Origin: Octopus bimaculoides
Taxonomy: Eukaryota
DNA length: 40,641 bases
NCBI RefSeq assembly: GCF_001194135.2
Contig: NC_068988.1
Location: 57,965,246 to 58,005,886 of the forward strand
Reading direction: 5' to 3'
Part shown: one piece after another, positions 12,574 to 23,620 of the stretch
How the letters are laid out: every line of letters starts with the position of its first letter
Position numbering within the stretch: the stretch's first letter is position 1
Notes under the pieces: model-generated
Seen by the model: only the letters and a program-made list of their open reading frames with translations
What the model was told of the DNA's origin: nothing
Databases searched by the model: none
Made by a program: the position numbers and the translations under genes

Positions 12574-12879
12574 TATGACGGNNNNNNNNNNNNNNNNNNN
12601 NNNNNNNNNNNNNNNNNNNNNNNNNNNNNNNNNNNNNNNNNNNNNNNNNNNNNNNNNNNNNNNNNNNNNNNNNNNNNNNNNNNNNNNNNNNNNNNNNNNN
12701 NNNNNNNNNNNNNNNNNNNNNNNNNNNNNNNNNNNNNNNNNNNNNNNNNNNNNNNNNNNNNNNNNNNNNNNNNNNNNNNNNNNNNNNNNNNNNNNNNNNN
12801 NNNNNNNNNNNNNNNNNNNNNNNNNNNNNNNNNNNNNNNNNNNNNNNNNNNNNNNNNNNNNNNNNNNNNNNNNNNNNNG

Positions 12880-13180
12880 ATCATAAGATTGTGGTTTCGG
12901 TTCCTGGACTGGGCGACGTGTTGTGTTCTTGAGCAAAACACTTCATTTCACGTTGCTCCAGTCCACTCAGCTGGCAAAAATGAGTAAAGCTGCGATGGAT
13001 TGGCGTCCCGTCCAGCTGGGGAACACATACGCCATTGAAACCGGGAAACTGGGCCCACGAGCCTGGCTAGGCTTTAAAAGGGTGCAAAGTGGAGGTGAGT
13101 GGCTTAGTGGTTAGGGTGTCAGCATCATGATTGTAAGATTGTGGTTTCGATTTCTGGACTGGGCGATACATTGTGTTCTT
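12880..13180 (+). mobile_element. CORE-like tRNA-SINE plus a second truncated head
   Basis: GTGGTTTCGRTTYCTGGACTGGGCGA..GTGTTCTTGAGCAAAACACTTCATTTCACGTTGCTCCAGTCCACTCAGCTG. Confidence 0.8.
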
Positions 13181-13182
13181 GA

Positions 13183-13395
13183 AGGCAGCAAGCTGGCAGA
13201 ATCATTAGCATGCTGGGCAAAATATTTAGTGGTATTTCATCTGCCGTTACGTTCTGAGTTCAAATTCCGCCGAGGTCGACTTTGCCTTTCATCCTTTCGG
13301 GGTCGATAAATTAAGTACCAGTTACGCACTGGGGTCGATGTAATCGACTTAATCCATTTGTCTGTCCTTGTTTGTCCCCTCTATGTTTAGCCCCT
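13183..13395 (+). mobile_element. tRNA-SINE with Nin/Deu-like domain
   Basis: AGCTGGCAGAA head, GAGTTCAAATTCC B-box, GGTCGACTTTGCCTTTCATCCTTTCGGGGTCGATAAATTAAGTACCAG core. Confidence 0.9.
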
Positions 13396-14060
13396 CTATA
13401 TTTTCTGTGTCAGGTCAACAAAATACCATTTTTAGTCTTAGCAAAATATCATTTTCTATGTCAGGTCAACAAAATATCATTTTTGGTCTCAGCAGAATAT
13501 CATTTTCATTTTCAGTAAAATATCATTTTCTGTGTCAAGTCAAGCAAAATATCGTTTTTAGTCTGAGCAAAATATCATGTTCTATGTCAGGTCAACAAAA
13601 TACCGTTTTTAATCTCAGGAAAATATTATATTTGCTTTCAGTAAAATATCATTTTCTGTGTTAACAAAATACCATTTTTAGTCTTAGCAAAATATTTTCT
13701 GTGTCAGTTCAAAATATCATTTACAATCTCAGCAAAATATCATTTTCAATTTCATTAAAATATCATTTTCTGTGTCAGCTCAACAAAATAACGTTTTTAG
13801 TCTTAGCAAAATATCATTTTCTATGTCAGGCCAATAAAATATCATTTTTGGTCTCAACAAAATATCATTTTCAATCTCAGTAAAATAACATTTTCTCTAT
13901 CAGGTCAACAAAATATTATTTTCAGTCCCATCAAAATATCATTTTCATTCTCAGCAAAATATAATTTTTTCTTGTCAGGTTAACAAAATATTATTTTCAC
14001 TGTCAGGTTAGCAAAATATAATCTACAGTATTATGAAAATATAATCTACTATGTCAATAA
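13395..14060. repeat. Degenerate satellite: AAAATATCATTTT core with 10-15-nt spacers, ~125-bp five-monomer higher-order repeat
   Basis: Higher-order unit starts at about 13395, 13517, 13643, 13757, 13882. Confidence 0.85.
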
Positions 14061-14803
14061 AACATTGTCATATCTAACATATGTGTATGATTCTAAATTG
14101 GCATTTTCAATGAAACAGTTAACCACTACTAAAGAAATAACGGAAATATAACTAACACCACCAACATAAATACCAACAGCAGAGCATTAAGTAGTCAATC
14201 TTCTAATGAATTGTAAATGTGTTTGGCATTTTTTTTGTGGGGTGGAGGAGTGATTGTTTAGGTAGGGGTCCAAGACTGTATCCTAAAAGTACTATTTCAT
14301 TGCATTAATCTGATGCATATCAATGTGCAGTATAATCCTCTGTTAGGTAGACGTATGCGGTACCTTAAACAATGGGCACTTAGACTGCATTTAGTCAACC
14401 GCCTGCTTATCTTCATTCCATGGGTCTAACTTTGATTAGCACTAATGAGAAGGGTGGAGAGAGTGTCTACACAACAGCAGCAACAACAACAACAATAATA
14501 AAACATTAAAAAGTAAGAGTACCTCTATGTAGTATCTTGATCTCCTAATGGTAGCAGCTAAAGCACCTCTTCGACAAACACTTGAAGTATTAAATCTTAA
14601 AACTGTCAGAGTTATAAACACAGGTGATCACTACACAAAAATAAGAACGAACCCTTTTGATATTAACTCACCTTAAAACTCACCTGATTCTACATTACAA
14701 GTTCCTTATTTTGAAATGATCTTAATTAAAAATTATCATCAAAATTCCATGTAACTTTGTTCCAAGCACCAGCTTAATAATGACAGAATTATCTTAATAA
14801 GTT

Positions 14804-15167
14804 ATGGAGATGTACTTGCCTAGCAAGTGACCTGATCTGAGACCGTGTGCTGGAACGAAAACAATTGCAGCATGAAAGGTGTTTATAAGCCATTTAAAAT
14901 AACATACAAAATCCGTTAGATTCACTTCAACATTTAAATTTAATTTGTCAAAATATTTTCGTCGCTTTGAGACCACAACCTGTTCATTGACAAAATTCTG
15001 TGTTGCATCTCAGAATTTCTGCAGCACAGAATTTTGTCAGTGAACAGGTCGCGATCTCAAAGTGAAGAAAATATTTTGGCAAATGAAATTTAAATGTTGA
15101 AGTGAATCTAACGGTTTTTGTATGTTATTTTAAATGGCTTATAAACACCTTCCATGCTGCAATTGTT
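14804..15167. mobile_element. Foldback insertion (arms 14860-15002 / 15025-15167) flanked by a 13-bp direct repeat; hammerhead family B
   Basis: ATCTTAATAAGTT at 14791-14803 and 15168-15180; arms are diverged reverse complements. Confidence 0.85.
15033..15083 (+). ncRNA. Putative minimal hammerhead variant with G3-C8 core pair, family B (stem II partly decayed)
   Basis: TTTGTCA-GTGAACA-G-GTCGC[9 nt]GTGAA-GAA-AATATT-T-TGGCAAA; mirror copy at 14944-14994 (-). Confidence 0.5.
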
Positions 15168-15198
15168 ATCTTAATAAGTTTCTTTATTGTTTTCAGAA

Positions 15199-15437
15199 TT
15201 AACCCTTTCATTACCATATTTCATTTGACATATACTGTCTTTGTTTTAATTACTTGAGAAAATAACGAAGAATTTAGCAAAATAGCTAAGTTGTTATTAA
15301 AGTGATATTTGGATAATAAATCGATATGAAGTCTGTATCATAGAACCATGGGTGGTCTCAGGTGGGTTGGTACCAGATGGTTTAATTGAAACAAAGACTG
15401 TTTATTTCAACAGAAATATGGTAACAAAAAGGTTTAA
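15199..15437. mobile_element. Degenerate piggyBac-like MITE
   Basis: TTAACCCTTTCATTACC ... GGTAACAAAAAGGTTTAA ends. Confidence 0.55.
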
Positions 15438-15710
15438 TAAATGCTACTGATTGACTTGCGTGTGTGTATATATGTGTATGGATAGAGTGTTCAGCTCACA
15501 ATTGTGAGATTGGAGATTTTATTTCCTCACTGAATGATACATTGTGTCCTTGAGCAAGGCACTTCATTCTACATTGCTCCAGTGTATGTAACTGAAAATG
15601 GGTACTGCTCCAATGTTGGCACAGTCCTCTCTCCTGTCAGCTGTCACACCATGCATATTTCATTGTATCAAGGGTGAGAGGGACTGAAAAAGTATGTCTG
15701 TGTTTGCTCC

Positions 15711-15900
15711 AGATGGCAACAACATGTGACAAATGAATGCCGTTTTAGAGACTTGCTGAAAGTTAGTGAGAAGATCAAACAAAGATGGCTGCATCTATCT
15801 GGTCATTGCAGGCAACACCTTGAACTGGAAGCATCCAAATTAGTCTTGCGAAACCCATTTCGTGGTGATGTAAACAGAGGAAAACATCGTTAGATTTATA
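15711..15900 (+). mobile_element. RTE-clade LINE ORF C-terminal remnant
   Basis: RWQQHVTNECRFRDLLKVSEKIKQRWLHLSGHCRQHLELEASKLVLRNPFRGDVNRGKHR*IYI resembles the RTE W.DHITN...RLRLAGHC.RH.E..ASKLVLW.P.HG...RGRP..TYID tail. Confidence 0.8.
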
Positions 15901-16383
15901 TCTACTCCAGCCTGCAGCTGTAGTAGATGATATTTCTCTACGGTGCCACACTGTGGGACTCAACCCAAGATCATGTGGTTGTAAAGTGTTCTTCTTAATC
16001 ACAGCCATATCTTAAAAAGAACAAATAAAAAAGAAAAAATAAACAAACAAAAGACAAAAAAAAAACATAGACAGGATGGTTGCAGCTGGAATACCTTTTG
16101 TCATAGGTTTGCTTGATTAGAACTAGACAACAACAACAACAAAAATTACAGCAACCACAACAACAATAACAAGTAAAACAACATGCTAAAAACAAAATTT
16201 GAAAAAATTTGCTTTTGCTTGCTCTGAACGAAATTACGCACAAGCTAAGTTTGAAAACGATTGAGTGCACTAGTTTAAAGACAATAGCAAGTCTTCAGTT
16301 GTTTCCAAAGTGCCATTATTTATACAATTATATATACCTCTTCTCTTTCCAATGTGTTTTAGAAAGAGATTTCTGTATTACAG

Positions 16384-16553
16384 GGCGAGGAGGGTCTGCG
16401 GAAACACCCGCCTACATCGTATGACATGGATAGAGTGAAGACAACCTTGAAGCAGTTTGTCAGAGATTGGAGCGAGTCTGGCCGAAGCGAAAGATCAGCC
16501 TGCTACGATCCTGTTATCAAAGAAATCAGACGCAGATTTCCACCCCAAATGTG
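16384..16553 (+). CDS. CARNMT1: Next internal exon of CARNMT1-like gene ([17 protein letters not shown] motif)
   Basis: ttctgtattacag acceptor, GTAAGT donor at 16554. Starts phase 0, fitting the previous exon. Translates [56 protein letters not shown], matching CARNMT1 [35 protein letters not shown]. Confidence 0.93.
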
Positions 16554-16652
16554 GTAAGTAGGGCTTAAAAAAAACAAAAAAAATTAACTATATTGTGTGT
16601 ATGTGTGTACCTGTGTGTGTGTGTTCTACTTGTTTTACACACACACACACTC

Positions 16653-16687
<35 letters not shown>

Positions 16688-16890
16688 NNNNNNNNNNNNN
16701 NNNNNNNNNNNNNNNNNNNNNNNNNNNNNNNNNNNNNNNNNNNNNNNNNNNNNNNNNNNNNNNNNNNNNNNNNNNNNNNNNNNNNNNNNNNNNNNNNNNN
16801 NNNNNNNNNNNNNNNNNNNNNNNNNNNNNNNNNNNNNNNNNNNNNNNNNNNNNNNNNNNNNNNNNNNNNNNNNNNNNNNNNNNNNNNNNN

Positions 16891-17030
16891 TGGCGTTAGG
16901 AAGGGCATCCAGCTGTAGAAACTCTGCCAAATCAGATTGGAGGCTGGTGTTGCCATCCGGTTTCACCAGTCCTCAGTCAAATCGTCCAACCCATGCTAGC
17001 ATGGAAAGCGGACGTTAAACGATGATGATG
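16891..17030 (+). mobile_element. RTE-like 3'-tail repeat
   Basis: TGGCGTTAGGAAGGGCATCCAGCTGTAGAAAC...GGAAAGCGGACGTTAAACGATGATGATG. Confidence 0.85.
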
Positions 17031-17284
17031 AATTTCCGACTTCTCCATCTCTAAACAAAAATAGCAAAAAACGATTTATAAATACTTTATAAAGTACAAA
17101 ATGAATCAGAATAAAGAAATAGAATTGTTAACTTTCTAACAAAAAATAAAAACTGTCAAAATATAATAATGGCACAAAATGAGCAGCTGTCAAACTTGAC
17201 CTTATACCTTACTACAAATTTCATACTTAATGACCTAATATGTATATAAAATATAGCACATATATATATATTCTTGTATTTTTT

Positions 17285-17493
17285 TACATGTTTCAGTCAC
17301 ATGACTGTGGCCATGCTGGAGCACCACCTTGAAGAGTATTTAGTTAAATAGATTGACCACAACTTATTTTTCTAAAGCTTAGTACTTATTCTATTGGTTG
17401 CTTTTACCAAACCACAAAGTTATGGGGATGTGAACAAACCAACACTGGTTGTCAAATGGTGATGGGGGGGACAAACACAAAGACACACACAGA

Positions 17494-17567
<74 letters not shown>

Positions 17568-17930
17568 NNNNNNNNNNNNNNNNNNNNNNNNNNNNNNNNN
17601 NNNNNNNNNNNNNNNNNNNNNNNNNNNNNNNNNNNNNNNNNNNNNNNNNNNNNNNNNNNNNNNNNNNNNNNNNNNNNNNNNNNNNNNNNNNNNNNNNNNN
17701 NNNNNNNNNNNNNNNNNNNNNNNNNNNNNNNNNNNNNNNNNNNNNNNNNNNNNNNNNNNNNNNNNNNNNNNNNNNNNTATGTGACAGGCTTCTTTCTGTA
17801 TCCATCTCCAAATCCACTCACAAGGCTTTGGTCAACCTGAGGCTGTAGTAGGAGATACTTGCCCAAAGTGCAACACAGTAGGACTGAACCGGCAATCATG
17901 TGGTTGGGAAGCAAGTTTCGTACCACACGA
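17285..17930 (-). mobile_element. tRNA-SINE (GGCTGTGTGGTAAG family) split by microsatellite and gap
   Basis: Tail at 17285-17490, head at 17780-17930, both minus strand. Confidence 0.8.
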
Positions 17931-18197
17931 CCATGTCCATGTCTGTGTTCTAGTTGTTTTATGTATACAAGCAGAAAAACCACCTGCCGGGTAGTTTTCT
18001 GCTCGCCACTTGATATTTCCACATTTGATTCCCAGTTCTAATAATTTTTTATGATATTTTACATCTAATTATTTCTTTGTATAATAGTGCTCATTTCCTT
18101 AGTGAATATTGCTTTCATTATTTTATAAACAAACGTCAAGATAGTCCAACTATGTTAGGGTGCAAAAAAGGCCATCTTTTGTTTTTACTTACATAAA

Positions 18198-18785
18198 TGT
18201 CATTGCTGTTTGTTAATTTCCGTAAATTTTTTAAATTTATTTACTTTTGTTTTAAAGCGAAAGAGAGGAGAAAGTGAAAGATGTATGTACATGTATATGA
18301 AATGGACTTGTGTGTGCATGTGTGTGTGTGTGTGAGAGAGAGAGTGAGTGAGTGAAGGGCTGTTGTCATGTATATGTACATACATAAATACATATAAATC
18401 TTTTTTGTATGTATGTCTGTGTGTGAGACAGAGAGAGAGAGAAAGAAAGAGAGAGAGAGAGAAAGATAGAGAGAGAGAGAAAGAAAGAGAGAGAGAGAGA
18501 AAGAAAGAGAGATAGAGAGTGATGTTTAAGTGGCACTCTCTCTCTCACATGCACACATAGAAAGAAGATGTATGCATATTTATGTATGTACATATACATG
18601 ACAACACACCCTTTCACTCACCCTCTCTCTCTCTCTCTCGCACATACACACACACACATCCATTTCACATACACATACATACATCTTTCAGTTTCTCTTC
18701 TCTTTCACTTTAAAGCAAAAGTAAATAGATTAAAAAAAAAATTCTTATGGAAATTAATTAACAAAACCAGCTGTTCATTTTGACA
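18198..18785. repeat. Imperfect inverted repeat (~210-bp arms) around a (GA)n/(GAAA)n tract
   Basis: 18198-18410 pairs with about 18560-18785 (e.g. GTTGTCATGTATATGTACATACATAAATA / TATTTATGTATGTACATATACATGACAAC). Confidence 0.8.
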
Positions 18786-19435
18786 TTTCTGAGACAACAA
18801 CTGAAAGATGGCCTGCAAAAAAGATAGCAGCAACCACATGGAGATATTTGAATACCTGTAGCAAATTCACTTGATAATACTTAGATGACGATGGAAAGGA
18901 AATAAAGTCACATGTGTGTCTGTGTGTGTGTGTGAGAGAAACATTGCAAACAACGAATGAAATAAGCATGAAATGAAAAAGCGTATAAATAAAAGCTCGT
19001 TAAAAACTATCTTGTACCGAATATTTAAATTTGTGAACTTGAAATATAATAAAAGGAAGTTCAGAAAATATCTATATATTTTCCTGAAAACTTCAATTTA
19101 TAAAAAATCTCAATTGCTTAGTAAATATTTCTTTCAGTAATTTATCATAGTTGTAATATATTTCTAATTTAAACAAACGTCAAGGTAACTGAACTACGTC
19201 TAGCATGCTAGAAGTAGCAGTGATCACATAGATATTATTGTAAGGCTTATAGCATTCCAAAAAGCCATACCAACAAAACCACTTAGTAATTTTTGAAAAA
19301 AATTTATACTGGTATATTAATATACACACATCCATCCTATTATGACATCTGCTTTCCATTCAGGCATGGGTTAGACAGTTCAATAGCATCTGATGCATTG
19401 AATGCCTGTGTCTTTCTCCAATATTTCTGATGTGG

Positions 19436-19760
19436 AGTAATCTTCCAGTATAGGGCGGTAAAAAAAGTAAATAAAAATACAAGGGAAATAACTGACGTCT
19501 TACTAGTATCATCCGTATTACTCTGAAATGTGTTTTTTCCACCCCCTAAAACAGCATGTGACGGAAATTTTTCTTGTAATTTTTTTTTTATAATGATTAA
19601 TTTAAAAAAAAAATTACAAGAAAAATTTCCGCTGCATGCTGTTTTAGGGTGGGAAAAAAAAAACACATTTCAGAGTTGTACGGATGATACTAGTAAGACG
19701 TAAGTTATTTCCCTTGTATTTTCATTTACTTTTTTTACCTCCCTATACTGGAAGATTACC
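19436..19760. mobile_element. Foldback MITE with ~150-bp TIRs and 9-bp TSD (Mutator-like)
   Basis: GTAATCTTCCAGTATAGGG...CCCTATACTGGAAGATTAC; CTGATGTGG at 19427-19435 and 19761-19769; interrupts an RTE-like tail fragment. Confidence 0.85.
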
Positions 19761-21479
19761 CTGATGTGGTATGGTTTCTATGGCTGGATGTCCTTCCTAA
19801 TGAGAGAGAGCAAGGAAAAGAGAGGAGTGGAGAGAAAGGGAGGAGGAGAGAGAGAAGGGGAGGGAAAGAGATCCTTATTATAAATGGAGGTTAAGTATAC
19901 TTACTTATGTAAATGAAACCCTGCCAGCTTTTCCCCTCATCTCCTATCAAACCCTTCCCAAGTGACTTGTACCTAGCACTATCTCTTATACTACCAGCTT
20001 GTTTGAAGGAATGAAACAAATTTTCTGGACAGACGGAATAAGGGTTCAATAGAGAGTAATTTTTTTTCTGACAATAGGGAGTAATTTTTATCTAATCTAC
20101 TCTTTTGTAATGGAATGTCTATGCACTTAGACTGGTCTTCATCTTTAGTAAGGGAGTAGTTTCTACATGGAAATAACAGCGATATCTCCCTCAAATTAAA
20201 CTCTAACACCTTAAACAAAATGTGTAGGAGAGATGAGATTATTGCAAGAATGCCATAAAATAACTTCCTTTGGCACACACACACACACTCTAGGTAAAAT
20301 TTTGTACGGATTATGTTATTTCTTGCTGTGTGAATGTACAAAATTACAGCTCAAATCCAATCAAAATAACCTTTTTCTATTCTGTAATTTGTGTTCGTGA
20401 TGAGCGTATTCAAAAACCCAGTCTTCAATATAAACTTTAAAGGAAATCCTGTCTTTTACCTGTTATTTCTAGCATGTCCAAAGTGACATTTGCATCCCCC
20501 CCCCTACTTTTTTCCTAAATTTCTTCCGATTCCTATGCTTTTGATACTGGAGATTAGGATTTTGCCCCCAAAACACCTCAATATTTTAATTTCCCTCCTC
20601 CCCNNNNNNNNNNNNNNNNNNNNNNNNNNNNNNNNNNNNNNNNNNNNNNNNNNNNNNNNNNNNNNNNNNNNNNNNNNNNNNNNNNNNNNNNNNNNNNNNN
20701 NNNNNNNNNNNNNNNNNNNNNNNNNNNNNNNNNNNNNNNNNNNNNNNNNNNNNNNNNNNNNNNNNNNNNNNNCCCCAATTTCTTCATTTTTAATTTTTTC
20801 AAAATTTTTTTCTTGGTAATCCACAGAGAAAAAAAACAGAGAGTACAAATCTTTAAGGAATTTCTTCGCTTTTTCTTAAAGAAACACTAAAATCTCCTTC
20901 CCAAACATCCACCCATCACCTCACCACTTTCAAAAAGCTACAAACTCTCATTGTTTCATTTTTAGATTTTTTGGAAAGTGGGGACGTTTCTTCAGAAATA
21001 ATGTCGTTTACCTGTTGTTTCTAGCATGTTGGGTTTTCTAATGGTGGTCTGGTATTTTTCATGTCTGTTATTTCAGTACAATTCTATGCATGCATGAAAC
21101 ATCGGACAAAAGTGAAACATTAGGAGGTTTTAGCTTTTTGAAAGTGGTGGGTGTGGTGGGGGAAGGGGCATTGAGTGTTTCTTTAAGAAAATTAAACTTT
21201 AAAAAATATATATATATTTCCCAGATTCGTAATATCTGTATTTTTCTACATGGATAAAAAAAAAATTTGAAAAAAGTTACAAATTAAGAAATTGCAGTGG
21301 GGATGGGGAAATTAAAATTTTGAAAATGTGATTTCTGGGCAAAATCGTATTAACTCCCTTTTATACGATGAAACAATGCATACTTTGTGATCCTTCTTAA
21401 AAACAGAAAGCACTATCGTGCACACCCATGCAAAATGTACCCTCCCCCACTTCACTTTTAAACAAACAATAACTTCCGT

Positions 21480-21600
21480 TATGCCAGTAGCCCAGTTCAC
21501 TATATTATAGCTGTGCCGATTCTGCCCTTAAGAAAGGAACAAATAATACAATGTGGCTGTAGGTCATAACACCCGGGCAGTGCCGGGATACATTGCTAGT
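21480..21600 (+). mobile_element. Helitron 3' end
   Basis: Hairpin CCCGG-GCAGTG-CCGGG (21572-21587), then CTAG (21596-21599) followed by T. 5' end not located; start coordinate is arbitrary. Confidence 0.75.
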
Positions 21601-22030
21601 ATGTATATATATATATGCGAGTAAAAGTAAATACAAAAAAAGGGGTTTTGTATGATTGTGTATAGAGGAATATATTATTTTGTTTAAAAGAGTTCCAACA
21701 CTGTCTGTTTTTTATGTTTTATTTATATTCCTGCACAGTCTGTTAAAGTCTGTCATACCGGCCATGATGAAATACCACAAGGTATAGAAAATACATATTC
21801 GCCTTTATATATTTAATCCTTTATATCGAACACTCAATACTTCATCTATTCAATAAGACATATTCCATATATTCAATAAGACATTCAATACTTTATTTCA
21901 TAGTACCATCCATTTTTATTTTATATTATATATTGTATATTATATTATATATTGTATATTCCATNNNNNNNNNNNNNNNNNNNNNNNNNNNNNNNNNNNN
22001 NNNNNNNNNNNNNNNNNNNNNNNNNNNNNN

Positions 22031-22061
<31 letters not shown>

Positions 22062-22069
22062 TATACACA

Positions 22070-22113
22070 GTGATCAGGTCGCAGTCTCAAAGCGACGAAA
22101 ATATTTTGGCAAA
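22070..22113 (+). ncRNA. Hammerhead family B copy (core and stem II intact, stem I 5' strand lost)
   Basis: GTGATCA-G-GTCGC[AGTCTCAAA]GCGAC-GAA-AATATT-T-TGGCAAA. Confidence 0.5.
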
Positions 22114-22387
22114 TTGAATTTAAAGGTGTACTCAACCTCTCTAGTGTTAGTCCCATTAGAAGATGCACCCAGTAGACTATGTAAAGGGGTTAGCATCCAG
22201 CCATGGAAACCAAGCTAAATTCTATATATGGGCATGGTCTATGAGAGTATCGACTCCCAATAAGAACTGACTTGAACTGTGATGAGCTGACTAATTCATA
22301 CCAGCATGGAGAGTAGACATTTGATGATATGTGTGTGTGTGTGTGTGAATATGTGTGTGTTTGTCAGGTTTGTAAAATAATAATATA

Positions 22388-22639
22388 TTGGGTTGGTGCA
22401 TAATTATTGCGGCTTTTTTTCAACAAATTTTATTCAACAAAAAACAATAACAACATGTAACAAAAACATCTTTAAATGATTATTCCGGAACATATTCACC
22501 ATCTACTTCAATTACTGCTTCCCATTTGCTTGGCAAACGGTCAGACTGTCATTTAAAGATGTTTTTGTTAAATATTGTTATTGCTTTTATTGAATAAAAT
22601 TTGTTGAAAAAAAGCTGCAATAATTATGCACCAACCCAA
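22388..22639 (-). mobile_element. Mariner MITE (Hsmar1-like TIR) with TA TSD and transposase C-terminal remnant
   Basis: TA|TTGGGTTGGTGCATAATTATTGCGG...CAATAATTATGCACCAACCCAA|TA; ~90-bp inverted arms; spacer reads RLPSKWEAVIEVDGEYVPE* on the minus strand. Confidence 0.9.
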
Positions 22640-22869
22640 TATATGATACAAACATAATCAGATATTGAGTATGTGGGTGAAAGCAGATACGCTTATATTT
22701 TTAAAAATGACTGTAATGACAATCTACTTGAGTTTCACCTGACAGCTGGTGGATCACCTGGCAAAGTAAAGTTTTCTCAGAACTATCAGAACACTTTCAC
22801 ATGAGCTGCATTGGTTGCATGCAAGAGATCTAGATAAATTGTAGAAGTTAGAAAGATAATTTATGGACA

Positions 22870-23063
22870 TCCTGAAAAGTTCCTGGCTTTGGGTAAAAGA
22901 AAATAGAGGAGGATCAGTTAATTATGGTTTTATTCAACATATTCCCCTCTCAGATTCACATACTTATTGCAGCAGTCCTTCAGTTTTTCTAAGCCCTGTA
23001 AAAGAACCTGAAAGGTTGGGTTTCCAACTAGGTCTTTCATGATACCCTTAAAGCCAGGAACTT
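22870..23063 (-). mobile_element. Second mariner deletion derivative
   Basis: 14-bp inverted repeat AAGTTCCTGGCTTT (22877-22890) / AAAGCCAGGAACTT (23050-23063); minus strand FQVLLQGLEKLKDCCNKYVNLRGEYVE* is a mariner transposase C-terminus. Confidence 0.8.
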
Positions 23064-23075
23064 GGCTGCTTCTCC

Positions 23076-23124
<49 letters not shown>

Positions 23125-23620
23125 AATTACATAAACCAGGAAAAAAACAATCATCCCCTTCCCACTGCAGCTTTTATAGATTGATTGTAATCCTATGGGT
23201 GGGTGATTAACCCCGGCCACTTGTAAGCAATTTGAATCCACAGGTAGAATTTGAACCCCAAATACTAAGATCCAGGACAGATGTTTTGCAAGTGTTTCTC
23301 AAAGAAAGGGGGAGATAATTTCAAGAAATTTAGAAGCAGTCTTTTAAGTTAATTTGCATAATTAGAGTGATGATAATCTGGTTCTTCTTTGCTAGCAAAT
23401 GAAAACTGTGGGCATGTTTCACTCTACTAGACCTCATCAACATAGTATAATCTAACCAAGTCTACCACTAAGTATATAAGTTTTTACAGATAAGGCTTGT
23501 TTTCTTTCTCACATCAAAGAGGGCAATTTCACTAGAATTTTTTGTGTATATTAAATTACTAACCTTGATAACATAGGAGAGTATTGTAGTTCACTTGAAG
23601 CATTGTGTATTGTTTGTAAA

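Larger units (their letters stand above)
1695..16383 (+). other. 14.7-kb GT-AG intron of the CARNMT1-like gene
   Basis: Canonical donor and acceptor; the flanking exons join in frame and are contiguous relative to the homologue. Confidence 0.85.

Noticed and set aside
13395-14060. CRISPR-like repeat-spacer array
   Set aside because: Eukaryotic intron; spacers are only 10-15 nt and recur periodically; no cas genes.
19991-20341. 116-aa minus-strand ORF
   Set aside because: Includes a (TG)n tract, non-ATG start, no recognisable family.
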